Assembly: GCA_963832165.1 (NCBI GenBank)
Contig: CAWHTE010000011.1
Span: 416,001 to 480,000 of the forward strand
Source of the DNA: an uncultured delta proteobacterium
GTDB taxonomy: Bacteria; Myxococcota_A; UBA9160; SMWR01
Reading direction: 5' to 3'
DNA: 64,000 bases
Shown: positions 59,644-64,000 of the stretch, piece by piece
Layout: each line of letters starts with the position of its first letter
Position numbering within the stretch: position 1 is the first letter of the stretch
The notes under the pieces: generated by a model
What the model saw: the letters and a program-made list of their open reading frames with translations, nothing else
Told to the model about the DNA's origin: nothing
Database searches by the model: none
Made by a program: the position numbers and the translations under genes

Positions 59644-60782
59644 GCGCGAGCGAGCCGGCGCGCCGCAGAGTGCGTGCGCGGGGGACTGTAGGGCTCGCGG
59701 CCGGCGCGCAAGAGGATGCCGATCGCGAGCGCGGTACACAGAAGCGAGTTGGTGCCGTGCGAGAGGAAGGGCAGGGTGAGCCCCTTCGTGGGCACGAGCC
59801 CCATCACGACGGCCGCGTTGCAGAGCGCGGGCACGACGACGATCGCGGTGCACGCGCTCGCGGCCAGCAGCGCGAACGGCGTCCGCGCGCGGCGCGCGAT
59901 CCGCAGGCCCGCGAAGCACAGTGCCGCGAACGCGCCGAGGACGAGCAGCACGCCGAGCAGGCCCAGCTCTTCCGCCACCACGGAGAGGATGAAGTCGGTG
60001 TGGGCCTCGGGCAGGTAGGAGAGCTTCTGCAGGCCGTTGCCGAGTCCGACCCCCGTGGTTCCGCCGCGTCCGAACGCCACGAACGACTGCACGAGCTGGA
60101 AGCCCTCGCCTTGCGCGCTCTGCCACGGGTCGACGAAGCCGCGCACGCGCGCTGCCGCGTACGGACGCACCGCGATGTAGAGCGCCGCGCCGAGCGCGCC
60201 CGCGACCACGGGCAGCGCGAGCACGCGCAGCGGCAGGCCCGCCGCGAAGAGCACGAACCCGACCACCGCGCACAACATGACTGCGCTGCCGAAGTCCGGC
60301 TGCAGCAGGAGCAGCCCGACCGGCAGTGCGACCAACAGCCCCACGCGCTGCAGCAGCGCCCACGAGGCGAGGTTCTTCGGAGTGGCGTTCGCGAGCAGCG
60401 TGGCCACCGCGAGCGCGGTGGCGAGCTTCACGGGCTCGGCGGCCTGGATCGCCACGGGCACACCCGGGATCAAGAGCCAGCGCCGCGCGCCGTTCGCCTC
60501 GATGCCGAACGCGAGCGTGAGGACGAGCAGTGCGACGGTGCCCGCCCACAGCCACAGCGAGGCGCGCTCCCACATCCGCAGCGGCGCGCGCGCTGCGAGC
60601 ATCGCGCACAGGAGTGACGCGGCGACACCGGCCACGTGGCGCAACGCGAGCGGCGGCAGCGTCTGGCCGATCTCGAGCGCCGCCGTCGTGCTGTAGTTCA
60701 TGAGCACGCCGAGCGCGGTGAGCCCGAGCGCGCTCGCGACCACCGCGCCGTCCCAGGATTGAGTTGCGTTCGTGTCGCTCAT
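59640..60782 (-). CDS. ftsW: FtsW SEDS peptidoglycan polymerase
   Basis: NGARRW, QPDFGS, GFQLVQS..AFG.GG..G.GLG, LPEAHTDFI...EELG, PTKGLTLPFLS.G. Confidence 0.93.
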   Translation of the reverse strand: MSDTNATQSWDGAVVASALGLTALGVLMNYSTTAALEIGQTLPPLALRHVAGVAASLLCAMLAARAPLRMWERASLWLWAGTVALLVLTLAFGIEANGARRWLLIPGVPVAIQAAEPVKLATALAVATLLANATPKNLASWALLQRVGLLVALPVGLLLLQPDFGSAVMLCAVVGFVLFAAGLPLRVLALPVVAGALGAALYIAVRPYAAARVRGFVDPWQSAQGEGFQLVQSFVAFGRGGTTGVGLGNGLQKLSYLPEAHTDFILSVVAEELGLLGVLLVLGAFAALCFAGLRIARRARTPFALLAASACTAIVVVPALCNAAVVMGLVPTKGLTLPFLSHGTNSLLCTALAIGILLRAGREPYSPPRTHSAARRLARA

Positions 60783-62110
60783 TGGATGGCCGGGCCCTCT
60801 GCTTCGGCACGCGCCGCGGCGCGAAAACGCCGCCCGCGCTCCTCGAAATTCTGGAACTGGTCGTGGCTCGAGCAGCCCGGCGCGAGCAGCACGACGTCGC
60901 CCGGGCGCGCGAGCGCGCCGGCGCGGCGCACCGCGTCCTCGATGCTCGCCTCGCGGTGCACGGGCGGTCCGCCGCGCAGACCCTGCTCGAGCTGTGCGGC
61001 GGCCTCGCCGATCAGCACCGCGGCGCGCACGCGCGAGCGCGCGGCGCCCGCGAGCAGGCCGAGGTCGAGGCCCTTCGCGCGGCCGCCCGCGATCCAGATG
61101 ATCGGCTCCGCGAACCCCTCGAGCGCGCGCAGCGCGGCGCCCGGATTGGTCGCCTTCGAATCGTCGACCCAGGTGACGCCGTGCGCGCGCGCGACCACCT
61201 CGGTGCGGTGGGGCAGGGGCCGGAACAACGGCAGCGCCGCGAGCGCCCGCGCGAGCGGAGCGCCGAACGCGTACACGGCGGCCGCGGCCGCGATCGCGTT
61301 TTCGCGGTTGTGCACGCCGGGCTCGCGCCAGTCGAATGCGAAGCGCTGCGCGGGCGCGTCGTCCGCCCGCACCACGAGAGACCCCGCGTCGACTCCGACT
61401 CCGCGCTCGGGCACGCCGATGGCGCGGAACGGCAGCACGCGTCCGCGCGCGGCGTCGCGGAACAACGCGTACCACTCGTCCGCTTCGTTGAGCACGGCCC
61501 AGTCGTCGGCGCGCTGGTTCTCGAGGATCCGCGCCTTCGCGGCGACGTACGCCTCGAGCGTGTGATGGCGATCGAGGTGGTCGGGCGTCACGTTGAGCAC
61601 CACGGCCACCGTCGGCCGGAACTGCTCCGTGGTCTCGAGCTGGAACGACGACACCTCGAGCACCGCGGCGTCGAGCGGCATGCCGACCAGCGAGAGCGCG
61701 GGTGTGCCGACGTTGCCGGCCATCTCGGCGCGCAGCCCCGCCGCGCGCAAGAGCTCGGTCACGAGCGAGGTGGTGGTCGACTTCCCGTTCGTGCCCGTCA
61801 CGGCGACGATCGGCACCGAGAGCGCCGCGCAGGCGAGCTCGACGTCGCCGCACACGCGCGCGGCGCGCGACCGGTAGCGCTCGGGAGGCACGCCCGGGCT
61901 CGGCACGACGATGTCGAAATCCGCGGGGTCGGGGAACGAGCGCCCGAGCCACGGCTCGACGCCCGGCGGCACCGCACCCGCGAGCTCGTCGGCGGAGCGC
62001 TCGTCGGCTGCCACCACGCGCGCGCCGCGCTCGGCGCACCACGCGGCCGCGCTGCGCCCGGAAATTCCGAGGCCGAGCACGAGCACGCGTTTGCCGGCGA
62101 GCGATTCCAT
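60779..62110 (-). CDS. murD: UDP-MurNAc-L-Ala--D-glutamate ligase
   Basis: GLGISG, SPGVP, TGTNGKSTT, EVSSFQLE, PDHLDRH, DDSKATN, LLAPGCSS.DQF.NFEERG. Confidence 0.95.
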   Translation of the reverse strand: MESLAGKRVLVLGLGISGRSAAAWCAERGARVVAADERSADELAGAVPPGVEPWLGRSFPDPADFDIVVPSPGVPPERYRSRAARVCGDVELACAALSVPIVAVTGTNGKSTTTSLVTELLRAAGLRAEMAGNVGTPALSLVGMPLDAAVLEVSSFQLETTEQFRPTVAVVLNVTPDHLDRHHTLEAYVAAKARILENQRADDWAVLNEADEWYALFRDAARGRVLPFRAIGVPERGVGVDAGSLVVRADDAPAQRFAFDWREPGVHNRENAIAAAAAVYAFGAPLARALAALPLFRPLPHRTEVVARAHGVTWVDDSKATNPGAALRALEGFAEPIIWIAGGRAKGLDLGLLAGAARSRVRAAVLIGEAAAQLEQGLRGGPPVHREASIEDAVRRAGALARPGDVVLLAPGCSSHDQFQNFEERGRRFRAAARAEAEGPAIQ

Positions 62111-63183
62111 CAGCGCAACTTCAGCGACGACAGGGCGACGAGGCCCAGAATCGCGGAGATGATCCAGAAGCGCACGACGATCTTCTGCTCGGCCCAGCCC
62201 TGCTTCTCGTAGTGGTGATGGATCGGCGCCATCAGGAACACGCGCTTGCCGCGCAGCTTGAACGATGCCACCTGGATGATCACCGACAGCGCTTCCACTA
62301 CGAAGATTCCGCCCACCACCGCGAGCAGGATCTCCTGGCGCACGAGCACCGCGAGCGTGCCGAGCGCCCCACCGAGCGCGAGCGAGCCGACGTCGCCCAT
62401 GAACAGCTGCGCGGGCGCTGCGTTGAACCACAGGAAGCCCATTCCGCCGCCGATCAGCGCGCCGCAGAAGATCGCGAGGTGGCCCGAGCCCGGAACGAAC
62501 TGGATCGCGAGGTACTCGGCGTACTTCGCGTGCCCGGCCACGTAGGCGAGGATCAGGAACGTCCCCGCGGCCACCATCACGGGGCCGATCGCGAGTCCGT
62601 CGAGGCCGTCGGTGAGGTTCACCGCGTTGCTCGCGGCCACGATGATGAACGTGGCCAGCGGCACGTAGAACCAGCCGAGGTGGGGCGTCACGTTCTTGAA
62701 GAACGGCACCGTGAGGCGCGCGTCGAAGTCGGGATGGGTATAGATCGCGATCGCGACGCCGAGCGCGCCCAGCGTCTGCCAGAACAGCTTTGCGCGCGCC
62801 GAGAGGCCTGCGCTCGACTTCTTGGTGACCTTCGCGTAGTCGTCGATGAAGCCGAGCACCCCGTACCAGACGGTGAGCCCGATCAGGATCCACACGCCGC
62901 GCTCGTCGAGGTTCGACCACAAGAACACCGAGACGAGCGTCGAGAGCAGGATCAACAGGCCGCCCATCGTCGGAGTGCCCGCCTTCGCCTGGTGCGCGGG
63001 ACCGACCTCGCGGATCACCTGGCCCACGCGCAGCCGCGAGAGTGCGCGGATCAGCGGCGGGCCCACCACGAACGCGATGAACATCGCCGTGAGCGTGGCC
63101 GCGGCGGTGCGGAACGTGATGTAGCGGAAGACGTTGAAGATCCCGTACTCGGAGGAGAGCGGAACGAGCAGGTGGTAGAGCAT
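62110..63183 (-). CDS. mraY: Phospho-MurNAc-pentapeptide transferase
   Basis: KAGTPTMGG, GFIDDY, SNAVNLTDGLDGLA, FMGDVGSL, MAPIHHHYE. Confidence 0.97.
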   Translation of the reverse strand: MLYHLLVPLSSEYGIFNVFRYITFRTAAATLTAMFIAFVVGPPLIRALSRLRVGQVIREVGPAHQAKAGTPTMGGLLILLSTLVSVFLWSNLDERGVWILIGLTVWYGVLGFIDDYAKVTKKSSAGLSARAKLFWQTLGALGVAIAIYTHPDFDARLTVPFFKNVTPHLGWFYVPLATFIIVAASNAVNLTDGLDGLAIGPVMVAAGTFLILAYVAGHAKYAEYLAIQFVPGSGHLAIFCGALIGGGMGFLWFNAAPAQLFMGDVGSLALGGALGTLAVLVRQEILLAVVGGIFVVEALSVIIQVASFKLRGKRVFLMAPIHHHYEKQGWAEQKIVVRFWIISAILGLVALSSLKLR

Positions 63184-64000
63184 CAGGCGTGATCTCCCGC
63201 GCCGGCTGCCTTCTGCAGGTGCGCGACGATGCGCTCCATGCGCATCGAGCGCGATCCCTTCACGAGCACGCGGTCGCCCGGGGCCAGGTCCGCGAGCACG
63301 CGCTGTGCGGTCTCCTCCCAGTCGCGCGTGGCGTGCAGTGCGCTCGCGTCCATGCCCGCCGCGCGCGCGGCGGCCACGACCTCGCCCGCGTGCGCGCCGA
63401 CCGCGAACAGCCGGTCGATGCCGAGCTGTGCAGCGAGCGCGCCCGCGTCGCGGTGCGCCTCGGCGCCGTACTCGCCGAGCTCGCCCATGTCGCCGATCAC
63501 GGCGATCCGCCGCCCGCTGCCGTCGGCGCGCGCGAGCGTGCGCAGGGCTACTTCCATCGACTGCGGGTTCGCGTTGTAGGTGTCGTCGATGAGCAGGCCG
63601 CCGCTCGGGAGCGCGATCGGCTGGAGTCGCCCCGCGACGGGCGAGTAGGAGCGCAGACCCGCGGACACGTCTGCGAGCGACACGCCCGATGCGATCGCGG
63701 CCGCCGCGGCCGCGAGCGCGTTCGGAACCGTGGTCTCGCCGAGGCCCGCTACCTCCACCTCGGTGCGGCCCGACGGCGCCGTGAGCACGAAGTGGTAGCG
63801 GCCGTCCGAGGTCGGCTTCACCTCGTCGGCGCGCACGTCGGCGAGTTCGCCGCGCCCGAAGCGCATCACGCGCGCCGCCGTGCGCGCGGCCTGCGCGAGC
63901 ACGAGCGGATCGTCGGCGTTCAGGACCGCGGTGCCGTCGGCGTCGAGCGCGGCCACCAGGTCGCCCTTCTCGAGCGCGATCGCCTCGCGGCTGCCGAGGT
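63183..64000 (-). CDS. murF: UDP-MurNAc-tripeptide--D-Ala-D-Ala ligase, 5' end outside the window
   Basis: LNADD, NALAA, IDDTYNANP.SM, GDMGELG, VLVKGSR.MRME. Confidence 0.93.
   Translation of the reverse strand, partial: LGSREAIALEKGDLVAALDADGTAVLNADDPLVLAQAARTAARVMRFGRGELADVRADEVKPTSDGRYHFVLTAPSGRTEVEVAGLGETTVPNALAAAAAAIASGVSLADVSAGLRSYSPVAGRLQPIALPSGGLLIDDTYNANPQSMEVALRTLARADGSGRRIAVIGDMGELGEYGAEAHRDAGALAAQLGIDRLFAVGAHAGEVVAAARAAGMDASALHATRDWEETAQRVLADLAPGDRVLVKGSRSMRMERIVAHLQKAAGAGDHA

Noticed and set aside
56231..62920. Apparent fusions murC-murB, ftsW-murG and similar long ORF-track entries; also tadB-tadC and tadG-FMN reductase
   Set aside because: Artefacts of frameshifts or stop-free upstream frames; each gene has its own plausible start, often overlapping the previous stop.

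Overview
High-GC (roughly 70% by eye) bacterial chromosome segment. The dcw and FtsA/FtsZ style suggests Myxococcota or a related deltaproteobacterial lineage, but this is inference only. It is probably an unpolished long-read assembly, because about 11 genes, including essential murC, carry single-base frameshifts. Left to right: an arnB-arnC-arnD L-Ara4N lipid A modification operon divergent from a CusRS-type two-component system, and an ICMT/LmtA-like methyltransferase; a translesion-synthesis neighbourhood (dnaE2, dinB, imuA-imuB, split by pepF, mgtE and a PmtA-like gene); purN, PfkB kinase, PP2C-like protein, fatty acid desaturase, PhyH dioxygenase, cytochrome c lipoprotein, thrH, a sigma-70 factor, an ArgA-like protein and RNase P RNA; an HxlR-SCP2 regulator with two acyl-CoA dehydrogenases; a CheB-CheR hybrid kinase; an Flp/Tad pilus cluster; redox enzymes, ndk, an unannotated 28-aa membrane microprotein, a purple acid phosphatase, an MFS-spermidine synthase fusion, a DUF748-like protein; and the dcw cluster (murF partial to ftsZ, no ddl). 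The most notable signals are: (1) a 29-bp promoter/operator (24/29 identical, CGAA-N7-CGAA core) shared by dnaE2 and imuAB, a candidate non-canonical SOS box; (2) a putative lipid A charge-masking regulon (Arn plus LmtA-like methyltransferase) sharing ATGACGAT sites around the two-component system; (3) the microprotein behind a CRP-like box; (4) several unexplained intergenic repeats and RNA-like structures.
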